Positions 19,605 through 28,887 of a DNA stretch of 64,000 bases are shown here, in pieces (position 1 is the stretch's first letter; every line of letters begins with the position of its first letter). Made by a program: the position numbers and the translations under genes. The notes under the pieces were generated by a model. The model saw nothing but the letters and a program-made list of their open reading frames with translations, ran no database searches and was not told where the DNA came from. The stretch comes from Bacilli bacterium. GTDB lineage: Bacteria > Bacillota_I > Bacilli_A > RF39 > UBA660. The stretch is taken from positions 360,852 through 424,851 of the forward strand of contig JAFYYX010000001.1 in assembly GCA_017548925.1 (NCBI GenBank). Direction: 5' to 3'.

Positions 19605-19961
19605 ATGAACAATAAACTAGTATTAAACTACTGTCCTAATTTCCATAAAATAGTTAATTTTGATATTGAAGAAGATGACGCTATCTCTCGTAAATTAATA
19701 CAAGTTTATCAAGATTATATCTTTAATATTGATCTTGCTAATGTAGAAGAAACTAAATTAGTAATGGAAATTGATAAGGTATTATCAAGATACATTGATG
19801 ATTATGAATTTAGAAAAAATTTAAGAATCTCAATGCTTCAAGTTAAAATTAAAAAGAGTTGCACAAACATCTTAAAAGCTATTGTTGAAAGTATTGTAGC
19901 AATCTTTGATAACTATGAAGAATACACAACTCGTAACGTATATATTTCAAGATGGATTTAA
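19605..19961 (+). CDS. hypothetical protein (118 aa)
   Basis: ATG 19605 lies after AGGTAGGTG; no motif recognised. Confidence 0.4.
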   Translation: MNNKLVLNYCPNFHKIVNFDIEEDDAISRKLIQVYQDYIFNIDLANVEETKLVMEIDKVLSRYIDDYEFRKNLRISMLQVKIKKSCTNILKAIVESIVAIFDNYEEYTTRNVYISRWI

Positions 19962-19990
19962 AAAGAATAGTTAAAACTATTCTTTTTTTA
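19962..19990. terminator. bidirectional rho-independent terminator
   Basis: Stem aagaatagtt pairs with aactattctt, followed by T6. Confidence 0.6.
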
Positions 19991-20891
19991 ATACATTAAA
20001 AAATATAAAAACTAACAATATAAGTGGTAAATATTTATATATAAATAATGAGCACTTATATTTATCACTAACAAATTCTGTTATAAATAATATAAGTGTA
20101 ACTAATATATAAAAGGTGTAGTTATTTTTAACTACATTTTTTATATTAATAAGACATAAACTTGATGTTATAAATATATTTAAAAAATATACTAAACAAA
20201 CTAAGTTCTCTACATTTTCAACAAAACCAAATAAATTTATTTCTTTATATATCATATATTCTGGGAACCTATATATGCTTATTAAATTAGGACCTAGTAT
20301 AAATATAATCATTACAGACATAAATACTAAAAATATATTTGTAAAAATAAATAGTTTATTATCAATTTCACTATCTTTAATAAGTATTAAAGGACTTAAA
20401 GTAAATATAACATAATAAATTATTCCTTTAATTATATTTAATAAAGATATATTAAGTGTAGGGGTTAAAAACTTAATAGATCCAGTTTTAGTAGCTGCAA
20501 TTATATTTAGTGTTATTCCTATAGCACTAAATAAGAATAATAAATTACTTTCTTTATATAAAGTATTTATATCTTTATTTCTTAAACAAAGAAGTATAAA
20601 TGGAATAGTAATAAATAAACCTGGTGTTTTAGTTAAATAAAATGATGTTATAAATATTCTAAGTATCATCATACAAATTAAAAGAATAAATAATATATTA
20701 ATTAATTTAATATATTTATTATTCTTATTAATTATTTTTTTATAAATAGGTAAAAATATAATACTTATAATAGATCCAATTAATATAACTATCCATGAAT
20801 TACTTTTACATAATCTAAATATAGATGAAAAACCTGCACCATACATAAATATACTTGTTATAAAATATATTAATTTATTATTCTTTTTCAT
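19977..20891 (-). CDS. spore germination protein, GerAB/GerKB-type integral membrane subunit (APC-like)
   Basis: About 9-10 TM segments and no soluble domain. Last gene of a three-gene minus-strand operon whose first gene is GerAA-like. At 304 aa it is shorter than the usual ~360. Confidence 0.45.
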   Translation of the reverse strand: MKKNNKLIYFITSIFMYGAGFSSIFRLCKSNSWIVILIGSIISIIFLPIYKKIINKNNKYIKLINILFILLICMMILRIFITSFYLTKTPGLFITIPFILLCLRNKDINTLYKESNLLFLFSAIGITLNIIAATKTGSIKFLTPTLNISLLNIIKGIIYYVIFTLSPLILIKDSEIDNKLFIFTNIFLVFMSVMIIFILGPNLISIYRFPEYMIYKEINLFGFVENVENLVCLVYFLNIFITSSLCLINIKNVVKNNYTFYILVTLILFITEFVSDKYKCSLFIYKYLPLILLVFIFFNVLKKE

Positions 20892-21669
20892 TTAATAATT
20901 GTCCATTTCTATTAATATCTATATTTAAAATTACTTTTTTGTTTAATAATCTTTCTAAATCATCCTTTAATAATTTATTAATATTTATATCTTTCTTTTC
21001 TCTAAGTTCAGCATCTAAAGAAATATAAAGAGTATCTTTATATTTTTTAACCTTACTATGATATATATTAATATTCTGATAGATAATATTAGGTTTAGTA
21101 TTTTTATATATTTTATAAAGTCTTGTATCATTAATATTAAATTCTTTAACATTATCTTTATCTTTTATAATAGAACCAGTTATATAGTTATCAGTCATAA
21201 CTGGTAATATTATTTCTTTATTATCTAAATAATTAGTAAGTATTTTTTTAAATAAAGGTGATGTAATTACATCATTATTATTAGTGATTATATCTTTGAT
21301 ATAATCACTTTTAACATCATTTATATCATCTGATACTATTAAATAAAAATTATTTCTAAAGTCATTATTTCTTAAAAAATATTCAATAATTCCATTTAAA
21401 TGATTTATAAATATTTCTTTTGAAATAATTAAAACTTTTGTGTGTGCATAAAATGGTTTTTTAGAAATAGTTTCTTCAAAATTTCTAAAAGCATCACTTA
21501 AATTTAAACCTGTACTTTCAACTGTTTCATCTGCATCAAATTTAAGTTTATATAGTCCATCTTGGTAATCGACAAATATTCCATTTACTAAAACTAAATT
21601 ATTAATCTCTGTATAATTGTAACAACCACATAAAAGTAAAATAATTAATACTAATAATATTTTTTTCAT
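20878..21669 (-). CDS. spore germination protein, GerAC-type lipoprotein subunit (putative)
   Basis: Signal peptide with lipobox-like LLLCGC. Overlaps both neighbours by 4-14 nt. Middle position in the operon. At 263 aa it is shorter than typical C subunits. Confidence 0.4.
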   Translation of the reverse strand: MKKILLVLIILLLCGCYNYTEINNLVLVNGIFVDYQDGLYKLKFDADETVESTGLNLSDAFRNFEETISKKPFYAHTKVLIISKEIFINHLNGIIEYFLRNNDFRNNFYLIVSDDINDVKSDYIKDIITNNNDVITSPLFKKILTNYLDNKEIILPVMTDNYITGSIIKDKDNVKEFNINDTRLYKIYKNTKPNIIYQNINIYHSKVKKYKDTLYISLDAELREKKDININKLLKDDLERLLNKKVILNIDINRNGQLLNEKE

Positions 21670-22979
21670 TTATTTCTCCATATATACTTTTTAAAGTATT
21701 TAATATTAAATGGTGATAAAGGAGTAGTATATGATTTACCAAATGATGAGTGTGAACATAAATTTATTATCATAAATAAGAATATTAAAAATATTCCATA
21801 TAAACCTAACATAGCTGCGCTTATTAGAAATAAGAATCGATAGATTCTTATTTCATTATTAAAATCAGGATCATTAAATACGAGTGATGCAATATAAGAT
21901 ATTGCTATTGTAATAATCATAATAGGTGATACTATTCCAGCTTTAACAGCAGCTTCACCAAGTATTAATGCTCCTAGTATAGATATAGTTGATCCATATT
22001 TAGAAGGAAATCTTGAATCACTTTCTCTTAATAGTTCATATATAATAAGCATTAAAATTGCTTCAAATATGGAAGGAAAAGGAACTCCTTTTCTTTGCTC
22101 AATAAAATTATTAAGTAAAGAAGTAGGTATAGTTTCTTGATTATAGTTTATTGTAGCTATATAGTATGCTGGTTCTACTAAAGTAATTATTAAACAAATA
22201 TATCTAATTAATTTAATAAAGTTATTTTGAAATGGTTTTAGATATTTATCTGTAATAGGATTTATATAGTCAACAAAAAAAGAAGGAAGCACTAAAGCAT
22301 ATGGACTATTATCTACTAAAATAATTATTTTTCCATCAACTAAACTATTAGATACTTCATCAGGTCTTTCACTTAGAATAATCGTAGGGAAATTATATTT
22401 ATTATTCTTTTGTAAATAGTTTGATAAATTACCAGAGTCTAGTACTTCAAGTTCTCTTATATTATCTATATCATTAATTATTTTATTAACAATTTTTTTA
22501 TCTGCTAATTCATCAAGATATAAAATATCGATAAAAGTATTGGTATACTTACCAATACTTTTATTAATTATTTTTAAATCTTTATGTTTAATTCTTCTTT
22601 TTATTAAACCTAAATTAAGCTCTATGCTTTCTGTAAAAGAATCTTTAGGACCATTAACAGATGGTTCACTATCTGGCGTATTAATTCCTCTTGATAAATC
22701 TTTTTTAACCTCAGATGCATAAAGTTTATTATTTTTATATATAACAATTACAAAACCATTAGTTAAATAATTAACTACCTCATTAAAATTTATATCAAGA
22801 GTATGAGGAGCAGAAATGTTATTATTAATTAATATTGGTTTTGTAATATATTCATTAATTTTATCAGGTGAACAAAGTGATTCAAAATATATAATAAAGT
22901 AATTACTATTAATTTTTTTACATATTAAATCTGGATTATTATTAAATAAATTCTTAATTTTATTAATCACTTTATTCAC
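21666..22979 (-). CDS. spore germination protein, GerAA/GerKA-type subunit
   Basis: Soluble N-terminal domain followed by a C-terminal block of 4-5 TM helices (YICLIITLVEPAYYIATI, FEAILMLIIYELLRE, ISILGALILGEAAVKAGIVSPIMIITIAISYIASLV), the characteristic A-subunit architecture. Confidence 0.6.
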   Translation of the reverse strand: MNKVINKIKNLFNNNPDLICKKINSNYFIIYFESLCSPDKINEYITKPILINNNISAPHTLDINFNEVVNYLTNGFVIVIYKNNKLYASEVKKDLSRGINTPDSEPSVNGPKDSFTESIELNLGLIKRRIKHKDLKIINKSIGKYTNTFIDILYLDELADKKIVNKIINDIDNIRELEVLDSGNLSNYLQKNNKYNFPTIILSERPDEVSNSLVDGKIIILVDNSPYALVLPSFFVDYINPITDKYLKPFQNNFIKLIRYICLIITLVEPAYYIATINYNQETIPTSLLNNFIEQRKGVPFPSIFEAILMLIIYELLRESDSRFPSKYGSTISILGALILGEAAVKAGIVSPIMIITIAISYIASLVFNDPDFNNEIRIYRFLFLISAAMLGLYGIFLIFLFMIINLCSHSSFGKSYTTPLSPFNIKYFKKYIWRNK

Positions 22980-23065
22980 CTAAAAATATTATTTGCAAGA
23001 TTTTAATTGGTATACTTTATTAGTAGATATTTTTTTTGTATAATAATTAGTAGGATTTGATTTTT

Positions 23066-24250
23066 ATGGTTAAAGTTAAAATTGAAAGATTAAATGATCA
23101 ACTTGAAGGTGTAGGAAATATTAATGGAAAAATAGTTTTTGTTCCTAAAGCTAAGGTTGGTGAAGAAGTAGAAGTTAATATTACTTTAGAAAATAGTAAA
23201 TATTTAAGAGGTGAAGTAATATCTAACATAACTTCCGATTGTCCATATTTTAATAAATGTGGTGGTTGTTTTTTAAGAAATTATTTTTATGAAGAATCAT
23301 TAAAAATTAAAGAAGAAAACATTAAAAATCTATTTAATAAGAATAAATTAGATGTACCATCATTTAATGTTATTAAAAATCCAAATCCATATAATTACCG
23401 TAATAAAATATCATTAAAAGTAGTTAATAAAAAAATAGGTTTCTACCAAGACAAATCAAATGATTTAGTAGAAGTAAGTAATTGTTTAATAGCAAAAGAT
23501 GCTATTAATAAATTGTTACCTGAACTAAATAAAATAGGTATTAGTAATGGTTTTATTATAGTTAGATGTAACTATAATGATGAACTATTAATAATTATTG
23601 ATACAGATGATAAAATAGATTATGACTTTGCTAAGTTAAAAGATAATCATAAGATTGCTGGAGTAATTATTAATAAGAGATGTGTTTTAAATAATGATTA
23701 TTTTTTTGATAAAATTAATAACCATTTATTTAAAGTATCATATAATTCATTTTTTCAAGTTAATAATTTAGTTGCTGGAGAAATATTTAATATAATAGAA
23801 AATAATATAGATGAAAATGATGAAGTATTAGATTTATATTCGGGTGTTGGTACTTTATCTATTACTGCTGCAAATAAAGCTAAACATGTAATAGGTGTAG
23901 AGATGGTACCTAATGCAGTTAAAAATGCTTTAATAAATAAAGACGTTAATAAAATAAATAATGTAGATTTTATGTTAGGTGATGTACCTAAAGTAATATC
24001 TAATATCAAAAATAATATTGATACTATTATTTTTGATCCACCAAGAAAAGGATTAGATACATTTACTATTAATTACACTTTAAATAAATTACCTAATAAG
24101 ATTATTTATGTATCTTGTAATCCAATAACACTTGTTAGAGATTTAAAATTATTAAATGATAAATATATAATTAAAGAAGTAAATATTCTTGATATGTTTA
24201 GTTATTCATATCATGCTGAAACTGTTTGCATATTAGAAAGGAAAAATTGA
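23066..24250 (+). CDS. 23S rRNA (uracil-C5)-methyltransferase, RumA/RlmD type
   Basis: TRAM-like N-terminus, 4-Cys Fe-S cluster CPYFNKCGGCFLRN, SAM-binding VLDLYSGVGTLS, FDPPRKG, and catalytic Cys in YVSCNPITL. Confidence 0.8.
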   Translation: MVKVKIERLNDQLEGVGNINGKIVFVPKAKVGEEVEVNITLENSKYLRGEVISNITSDCPYFNKCGGCFLRNYFYEESLKIKEENIKNLFNKNKLDVPSFNVIKNPNPYNYRNKISLKVVNKKIGFYQDKSNDLVEVSNCLIAKDAINKLLPELNKIGISNGFIIVRCNYNDELLIIIDTDDKIDYDFAKLKDNHKIAGVIINKRCVLNNDYFFDKINNHLFKVSYNSFFQVNNLVAGEIFNIIENNIDENDEVLDLYSGVGTLSITAANKAKHVIGVEMVPNAVKNALINKDVNKINNVDFMLGDVPKVISNIKNNIDTIIFDPPRKGLDTFTINYTLNKLPNKIIYVSCNPITLVRDLKLLNDKYIIKEVNILDMFSYSYHAETVCILERKN

Positions 24251-24251
24251 A

Positions 24252-24803
24252 ATGAACAACTATTTTATAATACATGGAAGTTTTGGTAGCCCATTTGTTA
24301 ATTGGGTACCATATTTAAGAAGAGAAATAGAAAACAAAGGATTAGAAGTATATACTCCTGATTTTCCAACTGGTGTTGGTTATCAAAATTATGAGAATTG
24401 GGATAAACTATTAAAGGTATATTTAAATGCTGGTCTAATAAATGAAAATACAACAATATTTGCTCATTCAATAGCACCTATATTTGTATGTAAGTTTTTA
24501 ATTAATAATAAAGTTAGTGTTAAAAGATTAGTATTTGTATGTGGTTTTAATAATTACTTAGGTATTGATGAAGAATATGATGCTGTTAATGAATCAATGT
24601 ATGTTGATAACTTAACTGAAGTAAAGAAATATTGTAATGACATAATTTGCTATTATTCAGATAATGATCCTTATGTAAAATACGATGTAGAAAAAGAATT
24701 TGCAGATACTATTTCAACTGAACAACACTGTATATCAAACGGTGGTCACCTAAATGCTGAAAGTGGATATACAGAATTTGCTGAATTATTAAAGTATGTA
24801 TAA
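24252..24803 (+). CDS. small alpha/beta serine hydrolase (YdeN/RBBP9-like)
   Basis: 183 aa with a variant nucleophile elbow IFAHSIA (GxSxG-like) and a late His (GGHLNAE). Confidence 0.45.
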   Translation: MNNYFIIHGSFGSPFVNWVPYLRREIENKGLEVYTPDFPTGVGYQNYENWDKLLKVYLNAGLINENTTIFAHSIAPIFVCKFLINNKVSVKRLVFVCGFNNYLGIDEEYDAVNESMYVDNLTEVKKYCNDIICYYSDNDPYVKYDVEKEFADTISTEQHCISNGGHLNAESGYTEFAELLKYV

Positions 24804-24830
24804 TTTTATCTTTGAAAGGAAGTGTTAATT

Positions 24831-25205
24831 ATGCTTGATCCTATAGTAATGGAAACAATTAAAAGAAATTTTGAAAATCGTATTGGTATGCCTTACGATG
24901 ATTTTAGTAGATTAACAATTGAAGAACAACAAATAATTATATCTGAATACAGAAAATCATTACCACAGAAAAAATTTGGTGATCCTGTTCATGTAATGTA
25001 TGGTTATGGTGAGCATTCAGGTTTTATTACAGCAAAAAAAGGTGAACGTGTAATGGTTAGATATGGTAATATCATCGAAGCAGGACTTACCTTAGAAGAA
25101 GAAAAACAAAGATTAGAAGATAGTTTAGATGATATAATTTATAGTAAACCTGTTGCATTTGTAAGAAAAATGGGAAGAAGAATAAATAGACATTTTAAAA
25201 AGTAA
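24831..25205 (+). CDS. hypothetical protein (124 aa)
   Basis: ATG 24831 sits 8 nt after AAAGGAAG; no motif recognised. Confidence 0.45.
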   Translation: MLDPIVMETIKRNFENRIGMPYDDFSRLTIEEQQIIISEYRKSLPQKKFGDPVHVMYGYGEHSGFITAKKGERVMVRYGNIIEAGLTLEEEKQRLEDSLDDIIYSKPVAFVRKMGRRINRHFKK

Positions 25206-25219
25206 AGAAGGATTAATAT

Positions 25220-25561
25220 ATGAATTTTAATATTAAAAGAGTAAAGATTTTTGTAACTATACCTATTGGTAAAACGGATGAAATTAGAAAAGCCATATGT
25301 GAAGCTGGCGCTGGAGAAATAGGTACTAACTATAATGAATGTTCATATAAAGTAGAAGGTATAGGAACATTTAGACCAATTAATAATGCTAATCCTTTTA
25401 TAGGTGAAAAAAATAAATTAGAATTTGTTGAAGAAGAAAAACTAGAAGTAATTTGTGATGTTGATAAAGTAAAAAAAGTTGTTGAAACTTTAAGAAAAGT
25501 TCATCCATATGAAGAACCAGCAATAGATATTATTCCACTTCTAGATGAAGAAGATTTTTAA
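25220..25561 (+). CDS. small PII-like-fold protein with CutA/Nif3-type HPYEEPA motif
   Basis: 113 aa. The KVHPYEEPAIDIIPL C-terminal motif resembles the conserved HPYE(x)PA of CutA1 and the NIF3 family. Confidence 0.4.
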   Translation: MNFNIKRVKIFVTIPIGKTDEIRKAICEAGAGEIGTNYNECSYKVEGIGTFRPINNANPFIGEKNKLEFVEEEKLEVICDVDKVKKVVETLRKVHPYEEPAIDIIPLLDEEDF

Positions 25562-25572
25562 TAATATAAAAT

Positions 25573-25603
25573 AAAAACTGATTTAACAAAATCAGTTTTT
25601 TTA
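25573..25603 (+). terminator. rho-independent terminator
   Basis: Stem aaaactgattt pairs with aaatcagtttt, followed by T7. Confidence 0.7.
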
Positions 25604-25627
25604 TGTTATACTTATTAAAGTAAGAAG

Positions 25628-26689
25628 GTGTTTTTTATAATAAAGAAACTATTTAAAAGTGATGAACTTAAAACAGGTTATTTATATTTTTATATACACT
25701 TTGTTGTAGAAGTAGCTTGCTTTTATTATTTAAGTAGGGTAACAGATGGATCAATGATTGTATGGTTAATACCTCTTATATATGATGCATTTGCTTTTGT
25801 ACCTCAAGGTATATTTGGTTATATATCTGATAAATTTCCCAAACTAAAACTTGATTTAATTGGAATAGCATTTTTATTCTTAGCTTATATAATATTAATA
25901 TTTACAAGTTTAAATGTATTTTATTCATTATTTATATTATGTTTAGGAAACTGTATGCTTCACATAAGTGGAGCTGAAGCAACACTTAAAACATCAAATG
26001 GAAAACTATCACCATCAGCAATCTTTGTTTCTGGTGGATCATTTGGTGTAGTAACAGGTAGATTACTATATCGCTTTAGATTATCTATATTTATAATTCT
26101 TCCATTAATACTTACAATGATTCCATTTGCACTACTTGCAAAAGAATATGAAAATGAAAATAAAGATAAAGAACTTAAACATAATTATGTTAAAGAAAAT
26201 ATTAACCCAATTCTAATACTATTTGTTGCTATATTTATTGTAACAATAAGGGGATATGTTGGATATGGTATTCCAACAAGTTGGAATAAGTCAATTATTC
26301 AAAATGTTATGTTATTTTCATTTATGGGAATAGGTAAAGCCTTAGGAGGAATTTTATCTGATACCATTGGTATTAGAAAAGTAGGTATTTTATCAACACT
26401 TGTTGCAATACCATTTTTATCATTTGGAGATAATATAATGGTTGTATCTTTAGTAGGTGTTATGTTCTTTTCAATGACAATGGCAATTACTCTTGGAATG
26501 CTTGCATCAATATTTAAGAAAAATCCAGGACTTGCATTTGGTTATACAACAATTGGATTATTCCTCGGAACTGCTCCAATATTCTTTATAAGAGTAATAG
26601 GTCTTGCAAATAATATTATCTTAATAGCTATATCATCAATTATTTGTTCACTTCTTTTAAGTTTAACTTTAAAAAAGGAGGTTAAATAA
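25628..26689 (+). CDS. polytopic membrane protein, possible MFS-like transporter; start uncertain
   Basis: About 10-11 TM segments. The ORF opens with a GTG inside a GAAGGTG SD-like sequence, and the first in-frame ATG is about 40 codons downstream. Confidence 0.45.
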   Translation: MFFIIKKLFKSDELKTGYLYFYIHFVVEVACFYYLSRVTDGSMIVWLIPLIYDAFAFVPQGIFGYISDKFPKLKLDLIGIAFLFLAYIILIFTSLNVFYSLFILCLGNCMLHISGAEATLKTSNGKLSPSAIFVSGGSFGVVTGRLLYRFRLSIFIILPLILTMIPFALLAKEYENENKDKELKHNYVKENINPILILFVAIFIVTIRGYVGYGIPTSWNKSIIQNVMLFSFMGIGKALGGILSDTIGIRKVGILSTLVAIPFLSFGDNIMVVSLVGVMFFSMTMAITLGMLASIFKKNPGLAFGYTTIGLFLGTAPIFFIRVIGLANNIILIAISSIICSLLLSLTLKKEVK

Positions 26690-26817
26690 TGAAATATATA
26701 TTTAATGAATTTTATATAAGACATGATAAAGCATTATTTATAACATCATCTACTATAATAGTATTAATTATTATTTTACTTATAGTTATGGGAATTAAGG
26801 TGATTAAGAAAAAATGA
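26689..26817 (+). CDS. small membrane peptide (42 aa), not in the ORF track
   Basis: ATG overlaps the upstream stop (TAATG). A strong AAAAAGGAGG SD lies 8 nt upstream. One TM (ITSSTIIVLIIILLIVMGI). Its stop overlaps the next gene start (ATGA). Confidence 0.4.
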   Translation: MKYIFNEFYIRHDKALFITSSTIIVLIIILLIVMGIKVIKKK

Positions 26818-27170
26818 CCATTAATGAGATTCCATACTATATGTGTAGATCACTAATACTTACAATTATTATTGAAGTTATAGTTGGAATTATAATTGGA
26901 ATAAAAAATAAAAAAGATATATTAAATATAGTGCTTGTTAATATGATTACTAATCCAGTAGTAAATATTATTCCTATTACTTTAAATGTATATGTTAGTT
27001 TAAAAGCAAGAACAATATCAATATATATTTTAGAAGTAATAGTTTTATTTACTGAAGCCTTAATATATAAAAAAGTATTAAGTTATAAAAAAATAAATTA
27101 TTTTTTAGTATCACTAATTCTTAACTTATCAAGTTATGGTATTGGTGAGGTAATAAATCATTTTGTTTAA
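26814..27170 (+). CDS. small membrane protein (3-4 TM), unknown function
   Basis: Translationally coupled to the upstream small ORF. Confidence 0.45.
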   Translation: MTINEIPYYMCRSLILTIIIEVIVGIIIGIKNKKDILNIVLVNMITNPVVNIIPITLNVYVSLKARTISIYILEVIVLFTEALIYKKVLSYKKINYFLVSLILNLSSYGIGEVINHFV

Positions 27171-27190
27171 AAAAAGAAAGAAGGATTTAA

Positions 27191-28342
27191 ATGAAAAAAA
27201 TATTTGTAATTATTTTAGGAGTTATCTTTTTAATTCCTATAACTGTAAAAGCTGATATGGGGCCACCTGCTGTAAGAGAATATAAAGCAACTCCAAAATC
27301 AGTAGATGGTGTAAAATACTATAGTGATATTTATCAATTAAACAAAGCAATAGGTACATTTGAATATAAAACTATTCTTACTATAGCTGAAGAAAGAAAA
27401 GTAAATGGTAAAAGTTATGCTTATGCTTGTGACAAAAAGAATAACTGTGGTTATGTTTTAATAAGTGAATTAACTCTATCTGAAAAATCAAATCTAGATG
27501 GATTTGAATTAAAATATGTTGGTCGTGTATTTGCTAAAGATGGAGTAGAATTATATGAAGGACCTGGTTATATTTACAAGAAAACTGGAGATAAAATACC
27601 AGCTAACGCTAATGTTGTAGTATCTGGTTATGATCAAAATGAAACTACATGGTTAAAAATAAAATACAAAGACACAGTTGGATTTGTTGATTCAGATGAT
27701 GCATCAGTTATGATTTTATATAAAGGTCAAGCACTAATACAAAAAAATAATAAAGTAGCAACAGAGTTCTATAAATCAAACGCATGGGATAGAAAAATAG
27801 CTTATAAAGAAGATGGCAAATATGTAATTCAAGATGAATATTTTGAATTTAGTGGAGATTTTAAATATAGTAAGACTGAATTTAAAGCATTAGATGAATT
27901 AAATTTATATAAATTATTAGATTATTCAGAACATAAAGATTCTATTTACACTATTAAAAAAGGTGACACAGTTAAATTTATATATGACGCTGCTTACCAA
28001 GGAACTTTAAGCTATTATGTAGAAGTAAATGGTAAAAAAGGTTGGATTGAAATGGATTATGGTGCTGGTGGAGAATATTTTGAAGGATTCGACTATGATA
28101 GAATACTAGATTATATTTATGATAATAATCTATATACTTATAACGAACCTGTAGAAGCAAAAGAAGATGAAGTTGGTGATATTGTTCCACCAGAAGAAAA
28201 AGATAAAGATGAAAAATATGATTGGTTCTCAAAACAAAATATTATTATTTTATCTTGTGCTGGAGCTTTCTTAATAGTTCTAACTGCTATCGTTACAATG
28301 TTACTAGTTAATAAGAAAAATAAAAAGAGTGTTCAAGATTAA
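27191..28342 (+). CDS. cell-surface protein with signal peptide, SH3b-like beta repeats and C-terminal TM anchor
   Basis: N-terminal signal peptide (IFVIILGVIFLIPITVKA). Repeats ending in GW motifs (GKKGWIEMDYG, TTWLKIKYKDTVGFV). C-terminal TM (IIILSCAGAFLIVLTAIVTMLLV) followed by a KKNKK tail. Confidence 0.5.
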   Translation: MKKIFVIILGVIFLIPITVKADMGPPAVREYKATPKSVDGVKYYSDIYQLNKAIGTFEYKTILTIAEERKVNGKSYAYACDKKNNCGYVLISELTLSEKSNLDGFELKYVGRVFAKDGVELYEGPGYIYKKTGDKIPANANVVVSGYDQNETTWLKIKYKDTVGFVDSDDASVMILYKGQALIQKNNKVATEFYKSNAWDRKIAYKEDGKYVIQDEYFEFSGDFKYSKTEFKALDELNLYKLLDYSEHKDSIYTIKKGDTVKFIYDAAYQGTLSYYVEVNGKKGWIEMDYGAGGEYFEGFDYDRILDYIYDNNLYTYNEPVEAKEDEVGDIVPPEEKDKDEKYDWFSKQNIIILSCAGAFLIVLTAIVTMLLVNKKNKKSVQD

Positions 28343-28358
28343 TTGAACACTTTTTTTA
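28328..28358 (+). terminator. rho-independent terminator
   Basis: Stem agtgttcaa pairs with ttgaacact, followed by T7. Confidence 0.65.
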
Positions 28359-28390
28359 TTTATATTATAATTTTATTTAGGTGATTATAA

Positions 28391-28828
28391 ATGAAATTAG
28401 TAGTTCAAAGAGTAAAGTATGCAAGTGTAAAAGTTGATAATAAAGTTGTAGGTAAAATTGACCAAGGTTTTATGGTTTTAGTTGGCATCACTGATACTGA
28501 TACTAAAGATACATGTGATCAACTGGCTGACAAACTAATTAAACTTAGAGTTTTTGATGATGAAAATGGTGTTATGAACAATGATATTAAAAGTGTAAAT
28601 GGAAAGTTATTAATAATATCACAATTTACTTTATATGCTGATTTAACTAAAGGTAACAGGCCATCATATTTTAAAGCAGCAAAAGGTGAAATATCAAAAC
28701 CATTATATGAGTATTTTTGTGATAAGTGTCAAAGCCTTGGTATAGATGTTGAAAGAGGTATTTTTGGAGCTGACATGAAAGTGGAACTACTTAATGATGG
28801 ACCAGTCACAATACTAATGGAAAAATAA
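28391..28828 (+). CDS. dtd: D-aminoacyl-tRNA deacylase
   Basis: MKLVVQRV...GFMVLVGITDTD...SQFTLYAD...GNRPSYF, the classic Dtd sequence. Confidence 0.85.
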   Translation: MKLVVQRVKYASVKVDNKVVGKIDQGFMVLVGITDTDTKDTCDQLADKLIKLRVFDDENGVMNNDIKSVNGKLLIISQFTLYADLTKGNRPSYFKAAKGEISKPLYEYFCDKCQSLGIDVERGIFGADMKVELLNDGPVTILMEK

Positions 28829-28853
28829 ATCTACTTTAAAGTAGATTTTTTTA
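28827..28853 (+). terminator. rho-independent terminator
   Basis: Stem atctact pairs with agtagat, followed by T7. Confidence 0.6.
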
Positions 28854-28887
28854 TGTTATAATATGTTTATAGAATAGGAGTGCTTTA

